A stretch of DNA of 64,000 nt, taken from Cystobasidiomycetes sp. EMM_F5. Its lineage: Eukaryota. The stretch lies in assembly GCA_051047955.1 (NCBI GenBank), contig JBPGPT010000010.1, positions 310,001-374,000 on the forward strand, written 5' to 3'. Of this stretch, positions 14,141-26,300 are shown one piece after another. The notes below the pieces were generated by a model. The model searched no databases, was not told the DNA's origin, and saw only the letters and a program-made list of their open reading frames with translations. Each line of letters opens with the position of its first letter. Positions within the stretch are counted from its first letter, which is position 1. Both the position numbers and the translations under genes were made by a program.

Positions 14141-14636
14141 GTGCACACGAGGGAGGATGACGAGAACATTACAATTTTATGTGATGGAGCATTCGAAAGT
14201 AGTCGGTCGGCGTTGAAGGAGGGTGTGTCTTCGATTTATGCAATCCAAATTTCTTCTAGAACATGCGTGACGCAGCAGGAATCGATTATTTACATGCTCT
14301 GAGAAATCTACTCGAGTTTCTTCAATGATTGCTGTTCCGTCTATGCTTTCGTGCAATCTAGCCTGAGACTGATGGATGGCTGCATATCGCAACGGTGAAC
14401 AGTAGGCGTCTTCCGCCGCCTGTCTGGCTTGGATTGTTGGTCGATTTTCGTTGCGCTATCTGTTTCCCATTACTCAACTGTTCGTGATTAAGTTGCGCGT
14501 GTTTGCAGTCAGGCGATGAGAACGGATATCTGACGCGTCTATATACGCGGTACTGTATGTACCTTATTTGCCGGCGAGACGCGTTCCGAGGCTGTTTTGC
14601 AACCAAGTGAGATCACGCTCTTCGCCCGATACGAAA

Positions 14637-15517
14637 ATGACAGCAGACCACAGCTACCTCTACCATGTCATGCGTGTGTGCAGCTTTCGACCTCGTCTCA
14701 ATGTGAAGTTTCTAACTGAACCTTTCTGGCAGGATTCACTCTGACAGACCACATTGAGCCAGGAGAGACCCTTACTGAGATCCGAGGATCGTACTGGACA
14801 CTTGAAGACGCGAGAAAAGCTGCTCGGCGAGACTTGCTGGACGAATGGAAGCAATCTTTCTTTGTCGAATACGAGGAACGCGACGAAGACGAGGCGGAGA
14901 ACGGGGATGATATCGAGATATACGCAAAGTGCCCTGAAGACGATGACTATATGACAGTCTACATTGAAAAGAGACCCGCTCCTGCCGCGCCAAATTCTCT
15001 AGTAGCAAGTGGTACGACCAGCCAACAACGTCCCGACCACTTCTACATTGTTACGAAGCAAGAACAGCCGCATCATACAGAGGACTTTGGACCGGATGTC
15101 ATCGACGAGAGCGACGACGTCTTTCAAGATATCTACGACGCAAATCTGGCTGCTCGCAGATGCCTTTTAGAACGCTGTGCCACGAGTTCAGGCCTGGAGG
15201 TCGATGATATCGACAGCGGAAGCGACGATGACGCATTCGCGGATCACGAAATAGTGGAAGAAAACCGAAAGTCAAGAGAGCTTGCCTACTCTGGAACCGC
15301 CCGCTTCATTTCTGATGATGATCACGGTCCTCATGCCGTAACGTATTCGGTCAAACGCCTCAATGCCAATTATGCCCAAGCCGCTATCAGTAAGAAGCGA
15401 GATGGCCCCAAACAAGAGATAAGAGTGATCTACAAGCGTGCGAGAGCCGACGCGCCGTCTTCTTCAGCAGCATCTTCCTCCAGCCAAATTATCGACCTTT
15501 CTGGCTCTTCGCCATAG
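14637..15517 (+). CDS. Hypothetical protein, tandem paralog A (internally duplicated domain)
   Basis: Exon 14637-14673, a phase-1 intron at 14674-14732, then an open frame: MTADHSYLYHVMR-FTLTDHIEPGETLTEIRGSYWTLEDARKAARRDLLDEW...GDDIEIYAK...HFYIVTKQE. Clearly similar to the two downstream genes. Confidence 0.8.
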
Positions 15518-15800
15518 CAAAGTGGAACAAAGTCGCGTGTAACAGCGCTGCTATCCTCTTCTCGTTATTGTCCGAAATCGGCGAGCGCAACCAAAATCTG
15601 AACCGTTGCTTAGCCTATGTCACTTCTGCGCCGCCCGTTGTTTGTTGTTTTTATGATCATCGTACCGTAAAACATAACAAGCGGATCAGGCTGAGTCGGG
15701 CTCATGATTTATTGCTACGCTGCTCCTTTCTCTTCCCGACAACAACTTCGCATCGACACATCTTAACAGGCCATTTACGCCAGGTCGCCCAATTTCGTCA

Positions 15801-16741
15801 ATGCCTGCCAATCCACTTTATCAGGTTACGCGTTGAGTCAATACCCGCTGCAGCAGTGGTCAATATTCGCGTGTTCTGTGTAGTGAAGGCGCGATTGGCC
15901 GCTGCCCCTCACTTCTCGCGCGCGACTGACGACGTCCTTTCTGGCAGGCTGGACGCAAGATAATCACAACGGCGGCCACGAATATACAACGCGTCAAGGC
16001 ATATTCAACACACTAAAGGAAGCGCGCGAGGCTGTTCGAACTAATCTCACCAACGAATGGTCTGACGACGTCTTCGACGACTATGAGGAGCGATCCCCTG
16101 CGGAAGCGGAACGAGGAGACGATATCGAGGTCTGGGCTTTGTTTCCCGAGGGAGAGATCATGGCGGTCTACATCGAAATTATGATCCCACCAGAGCCTGT
16201 CGCAAATCTTGAAGAGAAAACGCCGCACTTCTACATTGTTACCAAGCGTGAGCGAAAGCAGTACGGCCAGGCATACGTACACTGCGGTTACTACGGCAAG
16301 AACATCTTCGAGAGTCTGCTTGAAGCCAACAAGTATGCTCGCACTGCTCTTGAACAGGCCTGCAATACAGTAGTAACCGACAAGGGCAAAAAGGACCACG
16401 GCCGGGCCAGCGATCCTACCGAATCGTTCCAAGTGACGGAGGAGTACCGAGGCGCCAAGAGCAAAGCATACAAGGGCTCAGTTGTACTCAATGGCAAGAA
16501 TTGCTATTCCGTGTCCTTGACGGTCGAAAAGCTAAACGCAACATACTCTAAATCGAAGGCTTCTGGGCGAAGCAAAGTAGCGGCGAAGGAAGCTGGAACA
16601 TCGCGGAGTCGCAAAGAATCCCACCAAGATGACGAACCGAGTCAGTCTGAAGAGGGTGAAGCTTCTGATAACTCGGGAGGATACTACCAGTCTGCTCTCC
16701 CGGCCAAAAAGCGAAAGACTACCCGGGGCCGCGCCTACTGA
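15801..16741 (+). CDS. Hypothetical protein, tandem paralog B
   Basis: Exon 15801-15831 (MPANPLYQVTR), a phase-1 intron at 15832-15947, then WTQDNH...EAREAVRTNLTNEWS...AERGDDIEVWALFPEGE...HFYIVTKRE, continuing into ORF 16139-16741. Confidence 0.75.
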
Positions 16742-17168
16742 ACCTTCTTCCCATGTTACCTGCACATTCCGGCAAGAAGTAGTCTGAGATGCGGTCATGT
16801 GTGTCACTAGGGCATCAGAAAGCTTTCATCTCCTGCTGCATCTCAGATATGGATAGTAGTCACGTGTCTTACTGTACTCCCTAGAACTCCGGTGTGCTTG
16901 AAATTACTGTACCGTCGGCAGCCGGCTTGCCCATCGCTCAACAGCGTTGACAGAGAAGTTATCGCAGAGAAAGCTGATTCAAATGCACCTTTCGTACTCG
17001 TTGAGGAGGCCGCCAGGAGCTCAAGGCTTTGCGATGTCCAATAGCGGCAATACAAACAAAACAACATGAAACGCGCCGAGCGTTGCGACGTGATTCTCAC
17101 CAGTGCTCTGTCATCGTCTTCGTCAATTCTTGAATCGATTCCGGGTAGACCTGCTGGATCTCGTAAAC

Positions 17169-18086
17169 ATGGCTGCTGAGCATGATGCATTCGGAGGTTA
17201 TCAGGTTATGCGTGGGTCGACACCTGTATTCATGCCATTCCTGAACGAATAGTGATGCTATACGCTGTACGCTGTTTCGACGACGAATTTACAATATCGC
17301 AGGCTGGACCCAGGACAATTCGCATCATCGCCAAACAGAGGAATACACCGATTATATCGGCACCTTCGCGAATGTAGATCTAGCTCGCGAGGCTGCTCGT
17401 AAGGCTTTCGAGGACGAATGGTCTGGCAGCGAACTCGAAGAGTACCAGGAGCGCTCACCCTTCGCTTCGAAGCCGAAAGGGGAGACGACATCGAAATATG
17501 GGCTGTATTTCCCGATAGCGAACTGGTGGTATCTATCTATATCAAGGCGTTGACTTCTGGCCATCCTAAGCAATCTACAGAGAAGGTACAGTGCTTCTAT
17601 GCCATCGCCAAGCGAGAGCAATTGTACAATGGCGACGCTTTTCAGCACTGCGGCTATCTTGGACCAGAGATCTACCAGAGTCTTGCCGAAGCGAATCAGG
17701 TCGCTCGTCATGCTCTTCAAGTGTGCAATTCAGCTCGCAAAACTATACACGAAGAGAACCGCGACTCATCAGAAAGCCCATACAAGGGCACTGTTATCAT
17801 CAGACATAAAACTCGCTATGCCGTTTCATTCACTGTCGAACAGCTCGAGGCAAAGTATGCGGAACAGGAGTCCAATTTACCAGGAGATCGATCCGCCGGA
17901 AAGCACAAGCAATTGTGTAGAGATGATCTGGAGACTCTGGAGGGAGATTTGATGGACGAAGCATCCCAGTCTGACGATTCGAATAATTCTGGTCCACAAA
18001 ACCGCCCAGTCCCCATGCCTACAACAAAAACTCCCACAGTAGCAAAATCTACAATAAAACCCATAAAAGGCCGCAAGCGCAAATGA
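17169..18086 (+). pseudogene. Tandem paralog C, frameshifted by a 5-bp tandem duplication (or an assembly error)
   Basis: Exon 17169-17211 (..GYQVMR), intron 17212-17302, then WTQDNS...AREAARKAFEDEWS...ERSPF. CTTCG is duplicated at 17460-17469. After it, the homologous EAERGDDIEIWAVFPD continues in another frame, and the original frame stops near 17550. Confidence 0.7.
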
Positions 18087-18312
18087 CTACGAGCGGTATA
18101 CTCGCCACCATTTTGGGTCATCAGAATTCGGTCTTAGTGCGTAATCTTGGAACAGCTTGATCAAGGCGTTCATGTATGCCGTGAGCTTTTCTCACTCCTC
18201 CATGTTCTGCTGTATCGCGGAGGGCCAGTGAAATCTGTGTCTATCACGTGTTTTGGATTTTATTCGGCGCTTGAATTTGTTGTATGGCTTGCCTGCACAG
18301 TAGAATGCCAAC

Positions 18313-20038
18313 ATGTCACGAAGCAAGCTGATATCAACTGAAGTAACGCCCATCGCTACGCCGTCTGGCAGTCCGCCTCCATCATCGCGATTAAAACCTA
18401 GGACAGTTCGGCCGAGCCGTGTCAATGGTGGATTCGTTGCAATTCCAGTCCGGGTAGACTCGCCTGCCCTGGATGGAGGGTGCTTTGACCAGCACATCTT
18501 TCTACGGAAGAAGCATAACGATAATGACCAGACCGCCGTGGATGATGCAACATCGCGGACTGTATTTGCCGTAAATTTGCCATATGGCAGCACGGCAGCC
18601 TACGTCAAGTCAGGCATTGAAACAATATTGCGAGCAAGAATCAAGCCCGCGGCTGGCAGCACTGGCAACGGCAAAGGCAAGAATCGAGCAACAGATGCAG
18701 ATGCAGACTTTACGGTCGAAAACGTCGAATTTATAAAGCCGGGCAATAAACGGCCTGAAACGATTTTGGAGAAAGAAGGAATATCGCATCCGTCAGTCCT
18801 ACTAGCACAGAAAGTGGAGCTGGAAAAGCACCTCCAGGAGAAGCAGCAAGACAAAGCTTCAAAGAAACGCAATGGCAACAAGCGGAAAAGAGGAGCGATT
18901 GACGAAGCTGTTATACCACAATCTCTGCCTACCTCGTCACGGATACACCCCCTTTTCATCTCGCCAGACATTAACACAGACGATGCGCTAGACCACCTAT
19001 TTCCTACTCCGAATACAATCAAGGCTCATATCGTCCTCTCATCAAAGATAGCCTTGCAAACACTCCTGAATCCCTCCGAAAGCTGGACGATAACACGTTG
19101 GCCAAGTAAAACGTCAAATGCCGGAAATATGACAGAACAGTCCTTCATTGCGCTTGGCAATGATAGCTTTGACACCTCTGCAGCCGAAGGGTCATCTGGC
19201 AGAAGAGCAAAGACGAACGACGAAATCATCTATGATCTCTGCAGACAGCCTCTGTCTGCTGTTCAACTACACGTCGACGACTGGATGAAGCTCTTTGATG
19301 CGACACATACTGGCACAGCAGCATCAGTGACGGCAGATGTGTCCGATCAACCAAAGTCGAAGCGTGCTTTGGCGAGAGAGGCTGCAGCGAAAGCCGTCAA
19401 GCTGGCAGAGTTAGAGAAGCAGAAAGCCATCAAAAAGCGACGGGTTTACGATGACGATTTCCTCGCACCGGAACTTGACGAAGATGGATGGACTACTGTC
19501 AAAGCAGGCGGAAAGTACGGACGGTCAGCTGGTGATATTAATGGACAAGATGACTTTGAAGATCCAGATGAAGTCCGGCAAGCGGAATTGCAGGGCTTTG
19601 TTAGTGGCAAGCGGAGTGTGGGCGTAGCGAGAAAGGCGTTTGTCAAATCGGAACAGGACCGCGTGCAGCGGGACAGAGAGCAGGAAGTGGCGGCGTTGAA
19701 TGCAACTCTGGGCATCGTCAGCTCACTCACAACGACCGATGACGATGGCCACGGCGATGACAGCGAGAGCCAGATCCGCAAGAACAGGCAGGAGGTTGAA
19801 AATTCGCGCGGTTCAGGTCGTGGGAAAAAGAAGAAGAGGACCGGAGGCATAGAGCCACAGATGTACGCTCATCAACGGAGAGAGGAAGCCAAGCAAAGTG
19901 AGTCAATGTCAGTCTATCTGCCATAAACCCTGAGATGGAGATTTTTCTGCAGACCGCAATCTAATCCGCGAGCGATTCGAGGAAGACAAGCAAAAGATCG
20001 CCAAAATGAAGGAGCAGAAGAAGTTCCGACCATACTAG
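18313..20038 (+). CDS. RRP7: Ribosomal RNA-processing protein 7 (Rrp7, UtpC/CURI)
   Basis: N-terminal RRM-like segment (HIFLRKK...RTVFAVNLPY), DEDGWTTV motif, and after intron 19898-19952 the canonical C-terminus RERFEEDKQKIAKMKEQKKFRPY*. Confidence 0.9.
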
Positions 20039-20309
20039 TCGCAAACTCAACAACACCGTCTCTTGTTCATATCGCTGTCTTTGCAGCAGAGCAACTATCT
20101 ATTTGCCATACAATACTGATACTACAGCCACGAACAGCAACGAAAGGCGGTCAAGGCATTGCAAACATAGCGAGCGTGCAGCTGAAATGAGGAATTCGAC
20201 TAATAGTACTAACGACCGAAACAGCCTAAAGAACCGGATGATGGGCATCATGCTTCATTGATGGACTTTTGCAAGCAAGATCTCCAGAATTAGCCAAATT
20301 TAGCAACCC

Positions 20310-23034
20310 TCATTTATAAGTCAGACATACCTCAATGAACGGGTGATGCAAGGCTTCATGAGCGGTGATGCGGCTGGTGCAATCGAGTCTGAGGCATTTC
20401 CTCATGAGATCTATTGCCTGGAAGAGCTGAGTGTCGGGCTGATACCAGATGCTGATGTCATTCTGACGGTACCAGTTGGGCAGCCGCATGGAGCTGCCAT
20501 GCTGTTCTTTCCAGTGCTCCCATGCGTGTGGCGGCGTATTTTCCATGAAAATGTTGGGGTTGAGTTGAAGCACTAAATCGTGAAGAGTAGAATACTGCCT
20601 CTCTTCGATGCTGGGCACGTTGGTCACAAATGTACGATCTACCACGGGACAGAGAGGATTATCAGCAGGCACGGGCGACCTCAATAGCTACACGTACTGT
20701 GCATAGCGGCACACTTCTCCATTTTTTTCTTGCCAAAAATGGCACCAATCTCCGCGAGAGCTTCTGTATCGTCGTTACTCTGGAAGAATGGGAAGCGACG
20801 TGTAAGGAAGCAGAGCATTGTAATTCCAACCGACCAGATATCGAGCGACATGGTCTGATCTGGGCACTTGAGCAATACTTCTGGAGCTCTAAAGCCTCTT
20901 GTTCCAGCCCTGTTGGCTCGGATAATGGGTCTCTTGTCGAGATCTGGCTTCATGACGCCGATTGCTCGGCCTGGCGTGAGCTTGGTGACTGGTTCCCATC
21001 GCTCAGAGAATGGATCCTTTTCGTGTCTTTCTGTGAGAATCTTGCGCTCGCGAGGTGACGGTATCCATGGCCTCAGCGGACGACCGTTCAAGCCGGCTGG
21101 ACCTGATTCCACATCCTTCTCATCATATCCAAGTTCTGCAAATTCGCGACGGGTTGCGTCATTCTGCGCTAGTACGTCAATGGGGCCAATTTCTGGATCG
21201 ATTTTGGCGCCGTGTGTGCACGCTCGATATTCATCAGGCGAGAAGACGCGGTCCCCATCGGCTGCGGCTGCGGGCTTCCATAATTGCGGATAGGTATGCA
21301 AGCACTTTGCGTGCCATTCTGTCGGACTCAGTCGCTGCGCCAATCCAAAATCACATAGCGTTCCTTCGAGCGTTGTGGTGTTGAACAAAAAGTTGGCAGG
21401 CTTTACGTCCCGATGCATTATACCTAGGGAATGGCAATCTGCAAGAGCGGAGAAGAGACACTTGAAGTAATGCTTCATGTGGGGCAGGGACAATGTGCGA
21501 TAGTATTGCCTAAAGTCTTGGTGTTTCGAGTATGGCATGACTGCCAAGACCTGATCTTCATGTCGGATAGCCGATATGAGGTAAGCAGTGTTTCGAGCAT
21601 TTCGGAGATCTGCTAGCAGCTCCAGTTCGTTCTGAATACGCTGCGGCGAGCTAGTCACGTAGATGCGCTTAAGTGCGACATATACCGGCGATCCGCCTTG
21701 ACTTTTGTCGAGACTTTTGACATCCGCTCGCCGTTTCAGCTCTTTGCGAGCCATGACGAGCGCACTGTAAGGCGTATATCTCACTTTACCACGTCCGGAG
21801 CTCATAGATGTAGCCGCCGTGGATGTCGAGCCGGTTGATGACGATGCAGATGAGAAAGACAGGCTAGACTCGACATCCTGCGATGTTGTTTCCCGAAGCT
21901 TTGCCAGCTTGTGATACTTTCTAGTATCCGCGCCAATACTGTTGCGGAGGTCCATGATGGGCGGATCGTGTTGAGGATACCATTGCGCATTGTCGTGGAA
22001 CGGAAATTTACAATCAATGGCTTTGTAAACGGAAGAAAATGTGCCTAGCCGTATTTGAAGTCAAATTACTTGGGCATTCGCCATGTACTGCGTGCGAACT
22101 CACCTTCACCCAGACGATCCACAATCTTGTATCTCTTGCTTATCGGAATTTCATCCTCCAATTCCATGATTTCGTACTGGACAGCATCCTTTTCTTCCTG
22201 TGTGCGTTGATCCTCTGAAGACGGCTCTTCGACGAGCTGTGATGATTCATACTCTTCGTTATCCAGTCCGTCTTCACTCATCCTTGACTTGTCGCCAATG
22301 TCGTCGACTTCGTGATTCATTTGGCGGGGGAAGACTTGTAGAGGCACAAGTGTACCGTCTCTCTCGATAAGACAGGGGGAATAGGCAGCAGGATCCTCGA
22401 CTCGCTCCCAGGGCGATCTATGAAAGGTCTGCTTGACATCTAGGCCGTCTCGGGAGTAAGCTTCGAAGTTATGAATGGTCTGCTCTGCTGTGAGACGAAT
22501 AGTGTACAGTGGTGTAAGCGGACGACCCGGTTTGTCGTAGATTGGCAGCCAGAGGTAGGTTTGCTCGCAGAACCGAACGTCATAAATTTCGCCAATCTTG
22601 ACTTGGTCAAATGGGATAAAGCTGGGGTCGTAATGTTCTGCGCGGCGTTCTCCGTCCTCGTCTACATCATCGTCCTCGACATCGGGAGACTCATCACCGT
22701 CATCCTCTTCGTGAGATCCAGCTTGTGACTGCGAAGCGCGTGCAGCTTGTCGAGTTACGCGCTTCTCCACTTGCGTCTGAGTCTGTTTACCATTGCCGCC
22801 ACCTGCAGCCGTTCGACGTGTCTTTTTGGACGCTGAGGTCACCGCAGAGCCAGTCTGCGACAGAGACCCAACAGAAACTCCATCTTGACCGTTTCCAAGA
22901 CTTTGCTCAGACAGGGCAGCCCGATATCGCGTTATCCTCCGCGCTGAGCCTTGGTCGGTATTCGGATTGTTTACGCGTTCGGCTTCCGGTGAGTCGCCGT
23001 CTGGCCTGGACGTTGCTCTGGTGGACGGGGGCAT
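20310..23034 (-). CDS. CDC7: Cdc7/Hsk1 Ser/Thr kinase (DDK catalytic subunit) with a long N-terminal extension
   Basis: YKIVDRLGEG-TFSSVYKAID (spliced), VALKRIYVTSSPQRIQNELELL, HRDVKPANFL, DFGLAQ, RANRAGTRGFRAPEVLLKC, RITAHEALHHPF. The exact last exon is uncertain. Confidence 0.95.
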
Positions 23035-23374
23035 GGTGGGTGCTATGAATGAGCTGTGAGAATGTGGACCTTATCACAAGATGGGCATTTGCGACTTGGA
23101 GATTTGGAGCAAGTTGAGCTCCGAAATCGTCTGGAATTCGGCCAAGTTGAAAGAGCTGATCGTGGAACAACAGCTGGCTCGGGATGAGCTAAAGACAACA
23201 GTACCTCGGATCCAAGCTGCAGAATGGAACATCATGACACTCTGATTTGCTCTTGTATGCCAATCTGACCCAAACTGCTGATTTCCACGGAATTGGCCTC
23301 GAAAGCTCCGTTTGAACCGGTCGTCTACCGGCTTGATATCAATAAAGGCGAGAGCGTTGCGCCTGCTTGCAAAC

Positions 23375-26300
23375 ATGAACATGCTACTGGACGCAGAACT
23401 AGCGTAAGACTCGAGACTGCCTCTCACTCTGTCCCCGTCTCCCAATTTGACTGACATTCATCCGGTAATTTGTAAACATCCCCAGCAATCTCATCGAAGC
23501 CAGAATTGCACATGCAGACACGCACGGCCTCGGAAGTCCAGCCAGACGTTCAGCAACGCCTTCAGTGCGGCGAGCTGGGTCCGTAGCGAGCAGCGTTGCG
23601 TCGCCATCAAACAATCACGATAGTGCGGCAGCTTCAGCGGCATCGACAGCAGCGGCAGTAGCGCTGGGAGAAGCATGGAGAAGCATATCTGTGCAAGCTA
23701 CGTCGAGGGAAAGGAGCAGAAGCCGAAGTCATGTCACCTCGTCTACTGCTTCTGGAAACGGCTATGTTAATCCCGAACACCAAGCTGCCCTCTCCGCCGC
23801 GATTGCAGCTGTTCAAGCGGAACGTCAGGCTTCGGTGGCAGCGTCGCAGCAGAGCACTGCAGCTGATTCGCAGCCTAGCTCCCTCAATATCGAGAATGAC
23901 TCCGCTCTAGAGTCTCAAAGGAGGCAGGCTTCACCGTCGGCTTCGGTGTCATATATTACTACAGCAGAACTCGAGTCGAGACATGAGGCAGAGACTGCTG
24001 ACCAAGATGCTACGCCAACGGCAGAATCAGCGGAGTCAAGCATTACGCACAGACCCGTCCAACGGCCAACGGAGGTTGCCACTACTTCCACAAACGCAAC
24101 AATAACAACTCCTCTGTATGGATACGAAACTAGTCGGGCAGCGCCCATCAATGACGGGACTACAGCTTTAAATTCAGCTCAAGCGCATCAAATCAGTCAA
24201 GCACCCCCTTCGCAGGCTAGCCAAGCGCAACAGCAAATTATTAGCATATCTGATTCTTCAGATGATGAAGACAGCAGCGGCAACACGGCTTCCAATCGGA
24301 TAGCTCAAAATTTGATTAGTCCAGCTCGGCCTGCATCTTCCGGAGTAGCGACTCCGCCTATCCAGCTTCGCCAAGGGCAGATACATCGGCTCGAAGCGTC
24401 CTTCGTCACCAAGGCTCGAAAGGCTATCGCACATAGTCGCAAGCCACCGTCTGACGACACGGAGTCCACGACCAAAGTCGCCAGATCGTCTTCGGGCGGA
24501 CCGACACCATCGGCTGACATACTCATATCATGCAGAGATCCGAAATGCGCAGTCAAGATCAGTGCATCTTACCAGTACGTAGGTCCTGGAAGTGCAGAAT
24601 CGGCTAGCGCTCCAGCAGGAGAAGGCTGGAAGATCACCAGAATAATGCTAGATCATCTGGAGTTTTGTGATCCTAGAAGGGCGGAGCGACCTTCGGAAGC
24701 ATATCATGCTGCTTCTTATGATTATTCACAACTTTCGGCCACGAATGCCGTCTCTGAACCGAGTCGAAATCTTCCGCCGATGCGCATAAGCAACACGGAG
24801 GGTAGTATGCCTATACCGCCTGTGCCGAACACACGTCTAGATGCAGACGATGCCATGGACACAGATGATCCACCTTTCGGGCTCCGTATGCCTGGATCAG
24901 AACGACGTCCTATTCTAGACGAGAGCAACTCAAAATCTCGCGATAAGGGGAAAGAACGGGCCGTCTCCCCACAAGAAGAGACGTCTCACTCTAATACCGC
25001 TGTGCCTTCTCGCAAAGGCAAAGAGCGAGCTGCGACATTGTCACCGGCCGTTCAGCCCATCGCCAAGCGTGCCCAATATTTCACCGATGTAAGCTGCCTC
25101 TTATCAGCACTATAATGATACTATCCGCTGCAACTGGCTAAGTCATAATATCCTAGTTCGACTTGCTGCAAGCGACATCTGCGGCTTTACTGCGGGATCC
25201 GCAAATCCTGCTAACGTCTACCGAGAATTCGAAACGTGACGGCGAAGCGATTCGAATCTTCAGGATACAATGTCCCAACGCAGAGGATGAGGATATCGAA
25301 TGCAAAGCTAGAGTCCAGGCAGAACGGCCAAGAGGGTCTGGCGTGACAGCTGGTAATGGCGATATGGCGCGTCCCTGGACAGTGACACAAGTCATGCGCA
25401 CTCACGATCCTGAGTGTGATCAGCTGGAGAGTGCTCATCAAGCGAGTTTGGCTGCTGTCACGGCAGACGACACTATGCACAGTGTGATGGAATCTACATT
25501 AGACTACTCGAACATGTCTGAAGAGGAGGCTTATCGCCAAGCTGTCGCCGCAAGTATTTCGCTTGCTATTGAGAGTGGGCAACAAGCATCTACGTCATCG
25601 TCGTCGGAACAATGGACAACAACGGCTGACCTTTCAAATGCGACAATGCCACTACATCCGGAGTCTCTCGGCCAGCCTGTACTCGCGGCGGATCGTGTTG
25701 AACCTGCAGAGGCCGTGGGCCAGCAAGCACAGGCAGTAGAGCCAGTGGTGAGGGTAGTAGACGTTGATACTGCACAACCAGGACCTGCCTTCTCACTCAC
25801 TTCGAAACAGCATCAAACGAAGGTGGGCCTATGCTTTTACTTTGGTTTTGCTTTTCTGACGCTTCAGCAACACCTAGGATGCGCTTGTCGAGTATGCGGC
25901 TGAAGCCCTGCGTATGCAGTCTGCTGACCTTCGCGAGGAATACGAAGGACAGGACGAGCAAGAGACTCTGTTGCTCAAGTGCTCGTACTGCATTGCCGCG
26001 AAAGCCCTGGGTGATCGCGGTTGGGGCATTGGCGCTCATGTTATGGCAAAGCGGGACGGTATCGGCTGGTAAGTCTCGCTGGCCGACTCGGCTGCGACTA
26101 TGCTGAACCCTCAGTAAAGGTCGGTTTCGAGGACTCACAAAAAGCATCACAAGACATGCAAGCACCCTCATTTACTAGGAGCAGATCCATACCATACCGA
26201 CACTAGTGTGTCTGATCATGCGTCAGCTGCACCCAGGCGGGAATTAGTGACGCCCGTGCTGAGTGTTGGGACAGAAGTTGCTGCGCTCGGCGACACCGCT

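Noticed and set aside
15832..15947. Possible nested intron (stwintron) or micro-exon in the longer introns of paralogs B and C (internal TAG-TGA)
   Set aside because: No combination of donor and acceptor kept the frame with plausible intron lengths.
18084..18137. TGA-CTA read-through-type stop context at the end of paralog C
   Set aside because: The extension ends in -IRS, not a PTS1 tripeptide, and the gene is frameshifted upstream.
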